DNA of 57,790 nt from Tubiluchus corallicola (Eukaryota; Animalia; Priapulida), in assembly GCA_030141605.1 (NCBI GenBank), contig JAQGDQ010000668.1, forward strand, positions 1-57,790, given 5' to 3'. Shown in pieces: positions 1 through 13,379 of this stretch. The notes under the pieces were generated by a model. It saw only the letters and a list, made by a program, of their open reading frames with translations, ran no database searches and was not told the origin of the DNA. A program made the translations under genes and the position numbers. The number at the start of each line of letters is the position of its first letter. Position 1 is the first letter of the stretch.

Positions 1-517
1 TGGGAAGGTGTATGAAATTGCAATAATAACTAGTTGTAATCAGACATTAATATTTGCATAACTGAAGCAAGTTTTTATACTCGAGTAATTTCACTTTACA
101 ATGAAGTGCAAAACAGGACTGGTAATTCTTTGCAGTCTGCAGGAGTTTTTCTCTACCAACTTACGTATGCAATAAGCAGTAAGTTCTACTTAAGGCGGTT
201 ATTTCTTTCTTTTCATTGCATCAGTAATTAGTTTGTTTAAGAGCAGAATTTTTGAAGAAGCTTTTTTCATTGTTATCAAGTGCGACATTTTCTTGTTGTG
301 TTGAGCTACTCCGAGCATGGCATTTGTTTTTATTTATTTATTTATTAAATAAAATGTGTTTCACTAACAACCCACTAGACTACATATGATGTAGATATTT
401 GTTACATAGTGATGTTATTTAGTTAAAAGTAGATATTTTTGCATAGTGATGTTATTTAGTTTTGCATAGTAATGTTATTAATTTTAGTTAAAAGTAGATA
501 TTTTTGCATAGTAATGT

Positions 518-1019
518 AAATAAATAAGTTTATTAGTTTATCACCATTTTTAAAATAGCAAAATACACAACTAAGAGATTTATAAATCTATACAAAATAC
601 AATAATATTACAAAGTGCAAAAGTAATTATTGATTAGTGGTGAAAGGGTGGCGAAAGAACTAAGTTATCGAGGTCAGCCACCCTCTCAGGATTGTTACTG
701 ATATAATCAATTAGTTAATGCGCATGTAGTTTTTTGTACCAGGTAATTAAAAATTATCAGATTTTGCATTTAAGACGAATGAAAATTGAATTATACGAAT
801 GTGTTAGTTTATAATCAAATAATATTCAATAATGGGAAAGAAGAGACCCACGTGACAATCTTTAAATAATAATTTAACCATTATGTATTTAAAATTAATA
901 TTATGAGAACCTACAGCCAAAGGAAGAAAAAAAATGAATTTTTCATTTGTAGCTAGCAAAAGTGGATAAACATGCATGTTTGGTTATGAAAAAAAGAGGT
1001 GAAAGTATCTCAAAATTTT
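518..1019 (-). mobile_element. degenerate LINE 3' end (L2/CR1-like) inserted in an AT-rich short repeat
   Basis: minus strand ends in AATAAA plus (TTAT)n tail, has a GGGTGGC...GCCACCC stem-loop at ~646-684, and interrupts a repeat continuing on both sides (~390-517, ~1020-1258). Confidence 0.4.
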
Positions 1020-1308
1020 GTTATTTAGTTAAAAGTAGATATTTTGTACAGTGATGTTATTTAGTTAAAAGTAGATATTTTGTACAGTGATGTTATTTAG
1101 TTAAAAGTAGATATTTTTGCATAGTGATGTTATTTAGTTTTGCATAGTAATGTCATTAATTTTAGTTGAAGGTAGATATTTTGACTAATGTTATTAATTT
1201 TAGTTGAAGGTAGATATTTTGAGTAATGTTATTAATTTTAGTTGAAGGTAGATATTTGTTGTCTGTTATACGCAGTGCACATTTATTAAAATCTATTTTT
1301 ATGTTTAG

Positions 1309-1376
1309 ATTGGTTTCAACTTACTGGGCTCTTGCACGATTTGGGTAAACTTCTAGCTTGTTATGGCGAACCTCAG
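1309..1376 (+). CDS. MIOX: myo-inositol oxygenase, first coding exon visible in window (upstream exons outside window)
   Basis: AG/GT-bounded exon encoding (D)WFQLTGLLHDLGKLLACYGEPQ; HDLGK is the MIOX HD di-iron motif. Confidence 0.92.
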
Positions 1377-1477
1377 GTAATGTTTGTCACTTTCATCTAA
1401 TAGAACATAGGCTTCTTACTAATGATGACATTTTACTAGAAATTTATTAATATTCAGAACATAGTGATACTGATAAG

Positions 1478-1996
1478 CATTGGCGGCTCGTAGCTAAAGT
1501 TAGTGGGGCTGCTGCTTCAGAAAATTTTTAGCCTTTGTTTTAATGCTGTGTAAAACAAAACAAAAAAGATGTCTAACTTTAATGTTGTGATTGTAATCTT
1601 AAACAAACAAACATACGAAAGTGTATACGTAAACTTGATAAAATCCTAAACAAAAAAATATTTTTTGCTTACCAATAGCCTAAATTGTTGCACTTCATCC
1701 TTGATCCATTCATGGTAAGCACATGATAATCGATAACATACTGCGTGAGTGACAGTACTTTCTCTACCTGAGCTCAGACGTGTGTGGCTGCATGCGCACA
1801 ACAGCCAAACACCGTATTGTTGGTGCACACTGTGCTGGGCTGTGAAGTAAACAATACTACCCACACGTGCTCTGGTTCCGTACAAGCGTAAAGAAAGTAT
1901 TAAAGAATAAACTTATTATATTGAATATTATCTATAACACTGAGTGGAAATAGGGGGTGCTGCAGTGCTACAGTACCTATACATGAGCCACCAGTA
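1478..1996. mobile_element. hAT-like MITE
   Basis: imperfect TIRs cattggcggctcgt / atgagccaccagta; 8-bp flanks ctgataag / ctgattac. Confidence 0.6.
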
Positions 1997-2136
1997 CTGA
2001 TTACCTGATTTGTAATAATAGTATCACCTCATGGTCATCAACATTCAATGATGCAATTAAAAAAATCTGCCATTTACCTCAAAGTAAGACAAAACTGTTA
2101 AGTAATGATTTTTTTTAATAATTTGATGCATTTTAG

Positions 2137-2246
2137 TGGGCTGTTGTTGGCGATACATTTCCTGTGGGATGCGCTTTTTCTCCTAGTATTGTGTTTGGTT
2201 GTGAGAGCTTCACAAACAATCCAGACAGCAAGAATAATTCTTACAA
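2137..2246 (+). CDS. MIOX: myo-inositol oxygenase internal exon
   Basis: ttttag|...|gtaagc; [36 protein letters not shown]; phase 0-2 fits neighbours. Confidence 0.93.
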
Positions 2247-2901
2247 GTAAGCACAGCTTCTGATTCTTGTATAGAGATGCTTGTGTTCGAGTGTTAGTCA
2301 AAGTTTTCTACATAAACATATAGAACTTTTTTTTCAAGTTTCGTGCCAGTATAAGAATATGTTTAATTTTATGTGCACAGACTTGGTCTAACGATTTTGT
2401 ATACTGTCATGCAGAATGCATTGTCTACAGTGGCGGTTTTAGGGGGTGGGCCTAAGGGGCCTGGGCCCCGCCCTTGCTCAGTAACTGTTACAACGCACCA
2501 AATTAATATTTTCTCTGAATTATAAGCATTAGAACAATTTGCTAAATCATAAAGGTGTCTTGTATCTGTAAGAATCATATATCACCAGAAAACAGATGAA
2601 AGTTATGTACATCATGTATGCTGTATAGTGTATATTGGTATGTAATTTTGAGTCAAAAGTGAGGAGACACCTGTAGTAAACCAGTGTTATCTACCCTTAA
2701 GTGCCGTTTATCAAACCTCTGGAATGTATTATGCGTTATTGCCTAACATTTTATATTGTTTTCAATGTACCACATTTGTCAGACGTTTGGTACTACGTTT
2801 TAAATTATTACGTTATTTGAATATACGTAGCTTATTTCAAAATGCTGTTTTTTTTTTAATGTAGTGTAATTAAGTCGTGCCGAAATTTTCTCTGTTTGCA
2901 G

Positions 2902-2969
2902 TTCGCATATAGGCATGTATGAAGAAAACTGTGGCTTAGAAAATGTGCTTATGTCATGGGGACATGACG
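2902..2969 (+). CDS. MIOX: myo-inositol oxygenase internal exon
   Basis: ttgcag|...|gtatgt; SHIGMYEENCGLENVLMSWGHD; phase 2-1. Confidence 0.93.
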
Positions 2970-3025
2970 GTATGTTATCCATAGTTAAAACAGACTTGTG
3001 AAACAGGCATAGTTAAAAATTTGTG

Positions 3026-3499
3026 AGCTTTAGAGGATCTCGAAGATTTCAGCATACGAAGAGCACCCTTATTGCTGTTTGCCAGGAGGCAATTTTTAAC
3101 ACATTTAAGAATAAGAACTCCATGCAGTGTCAAGCAGATGTTTAACATTTAGAACGGTATATTATTTGCAGTTATACTTTTGTGATTAAAGGAACAATTC
3201 TTAAATTAGTATAATTCAAAACATTTATATTTGTACTTACGCTCTATGTGGTATGGCAGTATTATATGTAATTATTTTGTTGTTGTTATTTCAGCCTGAT
3301 CATTGCTGCAATATCAATAAACCACTTTGATTGATTCAGCAAAAACTTCCATCGTTATTTATGATCAGGCGTTCTAAATGTTAAATATCTGCTTGACACT
3401 GCATGGAGTTCTTGTTGTTAAATGTGTTAAAAATGGCCTCCTGGCAAACAGCAATACGGGTGCTCTTCATATGCTGAAATCTTCGAGATCCTCTAAGCT
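3026..3499. repeat. ~130-bp inverted repeat (arms 3026-3156 and 3370-3499)
   Basis: arm 2 is the reverse complement of arm 1 with about 6 substitutions and 1 indel by eye. Confidence 0.9.
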
Positions 3500-3892
3500 T
3501 CCGTTTTACACGAGTCTTTGCTCTGCAACCAGTGCCCATGTAAATCGCTCATTTCTGCTGCTGCTCTTAGTACTGCCGTTGTCGTCGTCATCGCCGTTGC
3601 CACCGTCGTCGGATTAATAAACTGAGCCCCTAATTACTGACAAAGGTAAAAATTCATCAATGTATGTATGCTGATGATACAGATACCAACGGCATACTGT
3701 GGACTTAATGCAATTCTTCTTAGATTAACCTTAGCGAAAGTTCTGCTCAAAGTGTTATGGACATTAATGTAATATTAATTGTAATTGTAATTATCTAGTT
3801 ATAATAATCAGCATGCTAAGGTAGTTTTGTGCAGCTTGTTTAAGCGGCTTTTTCTCAGCATTTTTGTTCCTCTTATTTTCTGCATGCATGTA

Positions 3893-4342
3893 CAGTCAAC
3901 CTCGGATACAAGAGACACCTCCGGACAGGAAAAAATTCATCCCTTATATCAGATGTCCCTTGTAGCCCAAGTTGAGTCAGACCGAGGGTGTATCTTTGAC
4001 CTGTACTTTTGCCCATATTTTTATGGATTATTGTTACACATTCAGTGCAAACGGTATGTAGGAAGCTCCTTCGGTGATGTGAGATGTATGTGACCGCGGA
4101 AACCGAGCTGTTCGAAGGCTGAGTTTGTGAGAAATTGAGGTTAAAAATCGATCAATTTCGCTTTGATCATAGGGTCCCTTATATGCGAGGTAATTTACCT
4201 GGGTTTCTGTTCTGAAGATATCGTCCCTTATAACCGAAAGTCCCTTATATCTGAGTACCTTATATACGCAACTTTTTGTAAGGAAAAACGTTACGAAAAA
4301 TCGGGACCAGTGTTGGTGATCCTTTATAAGCGAGGTTGACCG
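3893..4342. mobile_element. pogo/Tigger-type MITE (family A, copy 1)
   Basis: TA|cagtcaacctcg ... cgaggttgaccg|TA; inverted copy at 22101-22569. Confidence 0.85.
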
Positions 4343-4422
4343 TAATTCTACTGCTAATTTCAGAATTTCTTCCTTTACCAAAAAAATACTTTTGTGAAAT
4401 GAGTTACAATAACATTTTACAG

Positions 4423-4585
4423 AGTACATGTACCGAGTTCTGGTGCACAATAAGACGACTCTTCCTGATGAGGGGCTGTATGTTGTACGATTTCATTCTT
4501 TCTACCCATGGCATACGTGTGGAGATTACATGTATCTCTGCAATAATCGTGACACAGAAATGTTGCAGTTGGTAAATGAATTCAA
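4423..4585 (+). CDS. MIOX: myo-inositol oxygenase internal exon
   Basis: ttacag|...|gtaagt; (E)YMYRVLVHNKTTLPDEGLYVVRFHSFYPWHTCGDYMYLC...NEF; RFHSFYPWH motif; phase 1-2. Confidence 0.93.
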
Positions 4586-4887
4586 GTAAGTCTTGGTTAA
4601 TTTTACTTGTTGTGAAGTGTTTGAATAGGTACTGCTAAACTTAAAGACGTGTGTAGTACACACTTAAGTTCATTTTTACGTAATTATTATGATTACTTAA
4701 TTATTACATTTTTAATATGATTATTTCAATCAAATTGGTGTCCATTTTTAGCAAAAATGTAATGTATTTTACTTTAAAGTTGTGCCCCAATGAATAAAAA
4801 ATCGTCAAATATGTTTTGGACTATTCTGCACATTTGCATGCTTCTGAAACAGATTCTGTGACAGTGCAGAAAATTCAATGTTAGTGT

Positions 4888-6235
4888 TTGAATTCTAATC
4901 TTCTAAAATTGCCAGGAAAGTCTAAAAAATCCTTTGAATTCTAATCTTCTAAAATCGCCAGGAAAGTCTAAAAATGCTTTATTCTAATCTTCTAAATCGC
5001 CGGAAAGTCTAAAAAATGCTTTGAATTCTAATCTTCTAAAATCGCCAGGAAAGTCTAAAAAATGCTTTGAATTCTAATCTTCTAAAATCGCCAGGAAAGT
5101 CTAAAAAATGCTTTGAATTCTAATCTTCTAAAATCGCCAGGAAAGTCTAAAAAATACTTTGAATTCTAATCTTCTAAAATCGCCAGGAAAGTCTAAAAAA
5201 TGCTTTGAATTCTAATCTTCTAAAATCGCCAGGAAAGTCTAAAAAATTCTTTGAATTCTAATCTTCTAAAGTTGCCAGGAAAGTCTAAAAATCCTTTGGA
5301 TTCTAATCTTCTAAAATTGCCAGGAAAGTCTAAAAAATCCTTTGAATTCTAATCTTCTAAAGTTGCCAAGAAAGTCTAAAAAATGCTTTGAATTCTAATC
5401 TTCTAAAATTGCCAGGAAAGTCTAAAAAATGCTTTGAATTCTAATCTTCTAAAATCGCCAGGAAAGTCTAAAAAATCCTTTGAATTCTAATCTTCTAAAG
5501 TTGCCAGGAAAGTCTAAAAAGCCTTTGGATTCTAATCTTCTAAAATTGCCAGGAAAGTCTAAAAAATCCTTTGAATTCTAATCTTCTAAAGTTGCCAAGA
5601 AAGTCTAAAAAATGCTTTGAATTCTAATCTTCTAAAATTGCCAGGAAAGTCTAAAAAATGCTTTGAATTCTAATCTTCTAAAGTTGCCAGGAAAGTCTAA
5701 AAAATGCTTTGAATTCTAATCTTCTAAAATTGCCAGGAAAGTCTAAAAAATCCTTTGAATGCTAATCTTCTAAAGTTGCCAAGAAAGTCTAAAAAATGCT
5801 TTGAATTCTAATCTTCTAAAGTTGCCAAGAAAGTCTAAAAAATCCTTTGAATTGTAATCTTCTAAAATTGCCAAGAAAGTCTAAAAAAATCCTTTGAATT
5901 CTAATCTTCTAAAGTTGCCAGAAAAGTCTAAAAAATCCTTTGAATTCTAATCTTCTAAAATTGCCAGGAAAGTCTAAAAAATGCTTTGAATTCTAATCTT
6001 CTAAAATTGCCAGAAAAGTCTAAAAAATCCTTTGAATTCTAATCTTCTAAACTTGCCGGGAAAGTCTAAAAAATCCTTTGAATTCTAATGTTCTAAAATT
6101 GTCAGGAAAGTCTAAAAAATCCTTTGAATTCTAATCTTCTAAAGTTGATCCTTTGAATTCTAATTTTCTAAAATTGCCAGGAAAGTCTAAAAAATCCTTT
6201 GAATTCTAATCTTCTAAAATTGCCAGGATGGTCTA
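4888..6235. repeat. 46-bp minisatellite, ~29 copies, in last MIOX intron
   Basis: unit ctttgaattctaatcttctaaaat(c/t)gccaggaaagtctaaaaaat(g/c); GAATTC recurs every 46 nt. Confidence 0.95.
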
Positions 6236-6274
6236 ATTTGAACATCTTTGACTTTCAATTTTTGTTTATTTCAG

Positions 6275-6383
6275 CCAATTTGATTTGTATTCCAAAGCTG
6301 ATGATAAACCAGACATGGAGAAACTAACTCCATACTACCAGATGCTGATTGACAAGTATTGTCCTGGCAAACTAAAATGGTAA
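6275..6383 (+). CDS. MIOX: myo-inositol oxygenase last coding exon
   Basis: tttcag|c; QFDLYSKADDKPDMEKLTPYYQMLIDKYCPGKLKW-stop, the typical MIOX C-terminus; AATAAA at ~6829. Confidence 0.93.
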
Positions 6384-7864
6384 ATGCTTTGCTTGACTAC
6401 AGCAGATTACAGTGGAAAATCTAAACTGCATTTAAATGCTGAAAAAAATCTTCATTTTAACATACAAAATGCTGATATGTAATTTGTGTAAGTTGACTAT
6501 CTCCTGCCATTTAAATGCAGTTGTGCAAAGCGGACTATTTAAAATGTAAACGATAAATTCATGTGAATGTATTTAAACATATGGCTAGCTCTGCTTTTGT
6601 GATAATTTATATAGTTCAATTCATTGAAGCTGTTAAGACTGTGCCTAAGTTTGCTTTTGCTACTTGTTTTTTTTGTGCTTTAATGCGCTACAATTATAAA
6701 TTTAAATATAAATGTATGTATGCGTTTAAAGGTGAATATTTGTGTAAGATGATTGTTATGCAGTATGATACTTACTGAGAATGTTGATAGAACATGATGC
6801 AACAGCTCGGATTAGGATAAAGTCGACTAATAAACTCTTTCAAGGTCTGTGCCATTGAAACTATCAACAATTTTTTTCATGAGATAAGCAATAATCCATA
6901 ATCATATATACAATACATATCTATATTAGCTTTAATTCTATTTCGATCTGTTGCATCGGTGATATTTAGTGTGGAAATTCATGATCATTTCTATTTTACA
7001 GTAAAATGTATTGTTCTTGTTTGGAATGAGTTGAACGGGTTTATACATGAATTACATTTACTAGTGATGGAATTGTTGACATTAGATGTAAGACTGCAGT
7101 GAGACACCTGGTGGCACTTCAGCAAAAAGGGGCAATAGTTACATGAATGCTATTACGAAGATTTAGTTCTTTGCTTAGTATTAATAATTACATGTTTTTC
7201 TGTGTTTGCATTCTTTCTGTTTGTACTTCTAAGGAATGGTGATAAGATAGTGATAATACCGGTGTTGAAAGAGGCAAAACAGATACCTTTATTTGCACTG
7301 TACTTTTATAATACACTTTGTTACTTACTTGATCTTCTAAACAAAACACATAACTCATTCAGAAGAGAGTTTCTTCTCGTTTTACTTGAAAATGAATGGG
7401 TGGTGAAGGCACACTAATTTGGTTTTGGTAGTTTTCGGTAACAATTATTATAGCTGCACACCGAATTTTTCATTCACCTGTTTTACTAATCTTCGGTTTC
7501 TTACTTTCTTTTTCAGGAATATCTACTTACATACCTTGTATTGCAGCATCACATTGGACAGCGTCTATCTGTCGTCTTAACGACATAATATGCATTCCAT
7601 TACAGGTGACATCTGTGATAATCACATCGTATATTTCAGGTATTTTTATAGGTACGTATGGGCATGAACAATGAACATATTTTAATTGGTTGATTTTCGC
7701 ATCCCAAAAGCGCACAGAGGCTTCAACCCAGTTTATTTTGCAAGGTAGTAATGTTGTCTACTTCTGCTGGGAACTTCAATTGTAAAACAGTTTTATGCAA
7801 ACTATATTGACAGGATTGAAAAACATACCGAGGTTTCCCGTATTTACTAATCCCGATGAAAATA

Positions 7865-8588
7865 CGGCAAGTCCTTGCTTAACGATGGTAATGCGTTCCA
7901 ACAAAATGCATGTTAAATGAAACCAAAGCTTCCAATAGAAAGTAGTAATGTAAAAGAATAGAGATACGTTCCGTAGGCAAAAACCAATGCTGCTTAATAT
8001 TAAATTAAATGTTTTATGAGTTTCTTTATGGTTTCTACTGATTAATTTTTTTCTGCTTGCTTGAAACCACCAATCTTTCTCACCAATACGTACCTAGTTA
8101 GTGGTTTCTCTTTCATTAAGGTTTAAGCCTAGGCAGCCATTAAACAATAAACCACTGCAGAGCCAAAGCCAAGTGCTGCATGAGGTGACCTTGGAAATTT
8201 TATCATACCAGAGCACTGTATCATTTACTACATCTTCTGGTTGCTATAGGAACAGGTTGCAGGTAGAATTCCCTTGCACAAAGTTTGTTCACAGATGTCT
8301 CTTGATAGAGACGACATCTAGTATAGCAGTCAGCCGAGAAGCAAAAACTTATAATAATTGCACTGTATGTGCTACTAATGCACTTTAAAACTGAACAACG
8401 CAATATGTGCCGTTTTAATGCTTCAAATTAACTGAAAAAGTTGTTGATAAAATGAGAATTGGCTTTCAGCAAAATGAAAAAAAAATGGTCTTGAGACGTG
8501 CGTCGTTAAGTGAAAAAAGGTGTCAAATGTTCAGCGTCATTTAAATGAAACGTCGCTAAACGGGGAGTCGTTAACCGAGGACTTACTG
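7865..8588. mobile_element. pogo/Tigger-type MITE
   Basis: TA|cggcaagtccttgcttaacga ... tcgttaaccgaggacttactg|TA imperfect TIRs. Confidence 0.7.
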
Positions 8589-8904
8589 TAATATATTTTT
8601 ATATTCGTCCTTCTCTGTCTTGAAGCCTCTGCGCATTGATTTATTATTGACGACATGTGTCACAACTTGCTTCTAGTTTGCGTATATAGATAAACGATTT
8701 CATTGAAGAATCTTAGGAGTCAGCAGAGTTTTTTATTCCAATTTTAACGATCGTTATTTTTTGGGATGTGAGACTTACTGTTGACTTTGTGAAGGATGAG
8801 AGCGCCAGCTACATTATTGTCGAACTGTAAGAAAATTTCTTTCAGGATATTATGAGCTAACAGTAGCACGTGATTAGTGCAAATCAAGCTGTTAGACGTT
8901 AAAG

Positions 8905-9403
8905 CAGGGGTGTGCAAATTATCTGACTAGCCGGGCCACATTAAACTTTCCTGCAATTCCTGTGGGCCACAGGCAGTTTGATCAAGAAGCCAAGTACATA
9001 AAGGCCTAATAACGTTTTTTTGCATCCGACCTGCGTACATCATTACTACTGCACTCAAGAAACTATTTTAAAACTTATTAAAATTTATATTACAAACCAT
9101 ATATTTCTACTTTCAGGACAGATAGTGGTAATTTCATTACAATGCATATTAGTAATGTGTATCACACAGTCTGTGTAGTACAGTGACATTAAGCTACAAC
9201 CGTCTTGTAAGGGTTAATGGTATCCGATCTAGTAGAAAAAACTACCTGCACTGTCTTTGGGATCGTGGCACGGACTTCAGCTGGATACACTCAATTAATC
9301 GCCCAGGCCGCACTTTCATTAGGTTGACAAATCTGTTCGCGGGCCGCACAAATTCTCTCGGCGGGCCGCAAGTGGCCCGCGGGCCGCAATTTGCACACCC
9401 CTG
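8905..9403. mobile_element. hAT (Charlie-like) MITE, copy 1
   Basis: TIRs caggggtgtgcaaatt / aatttgcacacccctg; perfect 8-bp TSD cgttaaag; inverted copy at 26852-27351. Confidence 0.92.
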
Positions 9404-9786
9404 CGTTAAAGCATCTACCTTTAGTTTTCAGCAGGTAAGATGCTGTTTCTCGACTGACTCCACTTTTAGAGCAGTAGACCTACAGTGGCACATTTGTTGT
9501 GAGCACCTGAAATAAATTGATTGCTCCAGTTTATTACTGATAAATATGTTGAAAGTGTTAAAATCAACCAACTTATGTTTAACCATGCCTTTGCACGTGT
9601 TGATGTTATGCAGTATGTTAGTGTAGACCCATTCCTTTTGTAACATTACCTTAAGCTTGTATGCCCATTGCTACTATTTCTGTTGCTTTTGCTGTATACG
9701 GACTATTCACTTACATTCTGGCTTTTGCTGCTTCGTAGAAAACTTACCTCTTCATTAAATCTTTATTTATCTTTTACATTTTGTCT

Positions 9787-10020
9787 GATAGAAAGTTACA
9801 AACCAGCGCTATGCCCGATAGAAAGTTACAAACCAGCGCTATGCCCGATAGAAAGTTACAAACCAGCGCTATGCCCGATAGAAAGTTACAAACCAGCGCT
9901 ATGCCCGATAGAAAGTTACAAACCAGCGCTATGCCCGATAGAAAGTTACAAACCAACGCTATGCCTGGTAGAAAGTTACAAAACCAACGCTATGCCCGAA
10001 TGAAAGTTACAAACCAATGC
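9787..10020. repeat. 30-bp minisatellite, ~7-8 copies
   Basis: unit gatagaaagttacaaaccagcgctatgccc. Confidence 0.93.
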
Positions 10021-13000
10021 TGTTCTGAATTATTACTAATACTATTGTCAATGCTGTTTTCTTTTTCTCGAAGCATGTACTTGTTTTGTTTAGAAAAGAA
10101 TTACTCTACTGATTTTTCTGTTGCTTTTCATTAAGCATATAATTATTTTGCTTTCTGAACGATTAGTTACTTGTTTGCAAATTTCACTCTCGCTATTTCT
10201 TGAAAAATTGCCTTACTTTATACCCAGTACACATGTTTGCAAAGGCTATTTGACATGGGTGCAAATAATAATTTTATTTTCAGCATTTTCTCAAGCATTC
10301 TGGACCTGCTATAAATGAATTAAGATATTAGATATTAAGAATACTGATAAAACATGTGTTTGCTTGCATAGTAAAATCGTCCATAAGTCGGCAATTAACG
10401 TTTTCTAGTTATTCACACAACCTGAATCTCCATTTCATGAGGATTATTTTGATACCAAGTTCATCGCTCTATGTTATTTCTAAGTTGAGATAATCCACAT
10501 TGAAGTTGAGGTGCAAGCTGCGCACTGAAAAACATAATCTTGAGAAAATCACTGTTAAAGTCAGCCATTGTTTTTTGTCGCGTTTCTACAAAACACTTAG
10601 CAACCGTACGAAAGTGTGGTTGCTGCGGACTTTACAAGAGCAAATTGAAGTTACTTTTAAATACAGTAGATGGCTCTTCCGTCGAAGATCTGGGCTTCAC
10701 GAGCTACAATCGGAGTTAGAAAATACAAGTTTTTTTACAATTGCAGTACTAGTTTTTAAGACAAAAAGTGGCTATGGGGTTATAAAATTAGATATTTGGT
10801 ATTTTTGGAACATTTTCGTGATAATTTGATTCTAGAATATAACAATCCAATCTATTTAGCATTTGTTTTTGTAAAAACGTAATGTAGTTTTAATTATGCT
10901 GACTTGTGGACGGTTTTGGTTTGCGAGCACACGTATATGAAATAAAATAAACCACGTGTGATGGGTTAACTTTACAAACACACATGCCTAGAGTCCTATT
11001 ACTTGCATAGAGGTTATCATTTGCTGCTCAGGAATAAGAATTGTCATATTTTAATTGAAGATTAACTAAAAACTTCTCAAACTACTTAAGAAAACACTTT
11101 CAGCTTTATGTGCTACACAAATTGTCTTGAGGGGATTGTGGAAGGATGAATCAACATTTTTCTGAGTTTTTTTTTATTAAAAGAAGTGTTTTCCAGTGTC
11201 ACTTTTTGAAAATCAAGACAGTCGTTTACTGTACAATATGTATAGCTATTGTAGTTGCTTACTGTGATAAGTTATTATGCTGCATGTTTTGTCTCTTGCT
11301 GGGTAACAAAAAAATTTATCTTGATGAAAATGCCAAGAGCAGTGTAAATGCATACTATGTAATGGAAAAATATAATTATTATTATTATGTGAAGTAATGT
11401 TTTCTTGGTTTGTATTTTTTTGTAGTATATATTATTTTAATATTAGTCATACTAACATAATTAGCAATAGTTAAAATAGCAAGCTATATTCTAAACTCCA
11501 CATTCCCATAATAATAGACATTATAGTATCGAAATATAGCTAAGCCTACGACTTCAAGGGAAGAATGGCGAAAATCTAATTGGGCTAGTTTTCAAGCCAT
11601 CCGCTTTTGTAGAAAAACCTGTAACCATGTATAGTTATGTAAAAAAACGATTGGAATCGCACTGAAGTTTTTTCGTCAGTCCTCACTATATGTCCTTTAC
11701 GTCTATTGTACACGTTGGACAGGCAGAACTAAAATCATCAAAGGCGTTTTACTTTTATTTATTATAGCAACTAGCAACATGGGAAACTCTCGCACTCGGT
11801 AAACTCATTCGGAAACGCGCGGAAAGCTTACTGGTGTTTCTTGTTGTCTTTATTGAAAGAGCAATATTAACTGGGAAGAAATTAAGTTTTAACGCAAGAC
11901 TTCGATTATCCGATACTTAAGTGAGACACATCTTTTAAGAATACCGAGTGAAACACTAGTATTGTGGCGTTATTAAATTGCCTTAAGGGAAGCCCTACAA
12001 TTTTGCGAAAAAACCACCTGGCAAACCAAAAACGGCTTCAACAAAGAAGATAGATAAAGATGTTCAGCAACTTTATCTTTCTTTAGGAGTAGAAGAACTT
12101 AACGCTGTTAGCTGCAGATAGGAGTGGGTGCAGTACTCTAATAAATGTTATTGTCCCAATGTCTACAATACATGAAATGAGAGAGTCTGAAGAAAGAAAA
12201 ATAGTTGAACAGTCAGCTGGTGATTTTTTTAGATAAATCTGTGTTCTGTGAGAAGTAAGTGTTCATTTACTCATCGACATTTTGATAACTTTTATTAGAG
12301 CTGCACGTATACGAGTTAGGATGACTCGAGAAATTCAAAAGTGACTCGACAGGTTAGCCTATTTGCTGTTGGCACGGTGCAGTACCACGGCACGAAAGTG
12401 AGACACTTCTTGTTATGTCGAACACAGAAACGAAGCTTTTAAACAAGAATATAGTAAAAACTTCAAAAAATATATACAGCAATCAGTGTTGTAAACTTAG
12501 TTGGGTCATGATGATTGTACCTCATGAAATGTATTCTTAACCTTATTAAAACCATGGGAGTATGGGAAAAATAGCACTTCAATAGAAACCTATGTAGTGA
12601 ACATAATACCAAATAAAATTAAATGGGTCATCTGAACTGCAAAGTCTGCATGAACAGCCTGGCAAATCCAGAAATCTTTGTAATGCAAATAGAAAACAGA
12701 AATCAATAATTGCTGGAAATGAATGATATATAAAACTCGTAACTTGATCACACGATTCCCCTTAATTTCATCTAATATTTTGTTACATCTGACTTCATTA
12801 TAATAAATTTGAAAGTTTTATATGTTAAAGAATTAGCTATTTTTGCTGATGTTTGCTTGCTCCCCAAATTTCTCCCCACTAAAAAACCAACTTACATCTG
12901 TAATCAGCTAAATTTCAACTGTAATATGATTTTTCGAATTACTAGACAGTCAAATTTACTTTTTATTCTTACTGCAAAATCTAATTCTGGCAAATATAAC

Positions 13001-13379
13001 GAGCATTTGTTGCTATCACCACTTAGTCATTTCATTAGTACATTATTTAATATACTGCCTGAAATCTGACTAGAATCCTCTCTCCTTTCCTCTTCTCTCT
13101 TATTCACTCTCTCTTCACACCACTTTCTTGTCTCCTTCTTTCTTTTCTCTGCTCTTCTCCCCTCTTTTTCTCTTATCTGCTCCCTTACACTGCTGGTAGT
13201 TTAAATAAATCAGTTTATTGTTTGTCTGACAACAAAATATGTCTGAAACTTGATTACCTCTCGTGTCACGTCAAGTAGCATTGTAGATTCATGGCAACTG
13301 CGCTTCTTTTCATTTTATTAGTTGATTAACAGCAAGTGTTCAAGTTAATATCTGGTCTCTTCCAGAATTTTCCATAATC

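Noticed and set aside
9668-10134. Periodic ORFs over the 30-bp repeat (also 35250-35736 and 37640-37840)
   Set aside because: Unit lengths divisible by three keep several frames open on both strands; no support as genes.
10370-10969. piggyBac-like MITE ending in GGG|TTAA (similar end at ~53758-53764)
   Set aside because: Only one terminus visible; no matching left TIR found.
11820-12260. Coding-like stretch with a GTAAGT donor upstream of METTL1
   Set aside because: All frames are broken by stops and no family is recognisable; may be a UTR exon or an old transposon.
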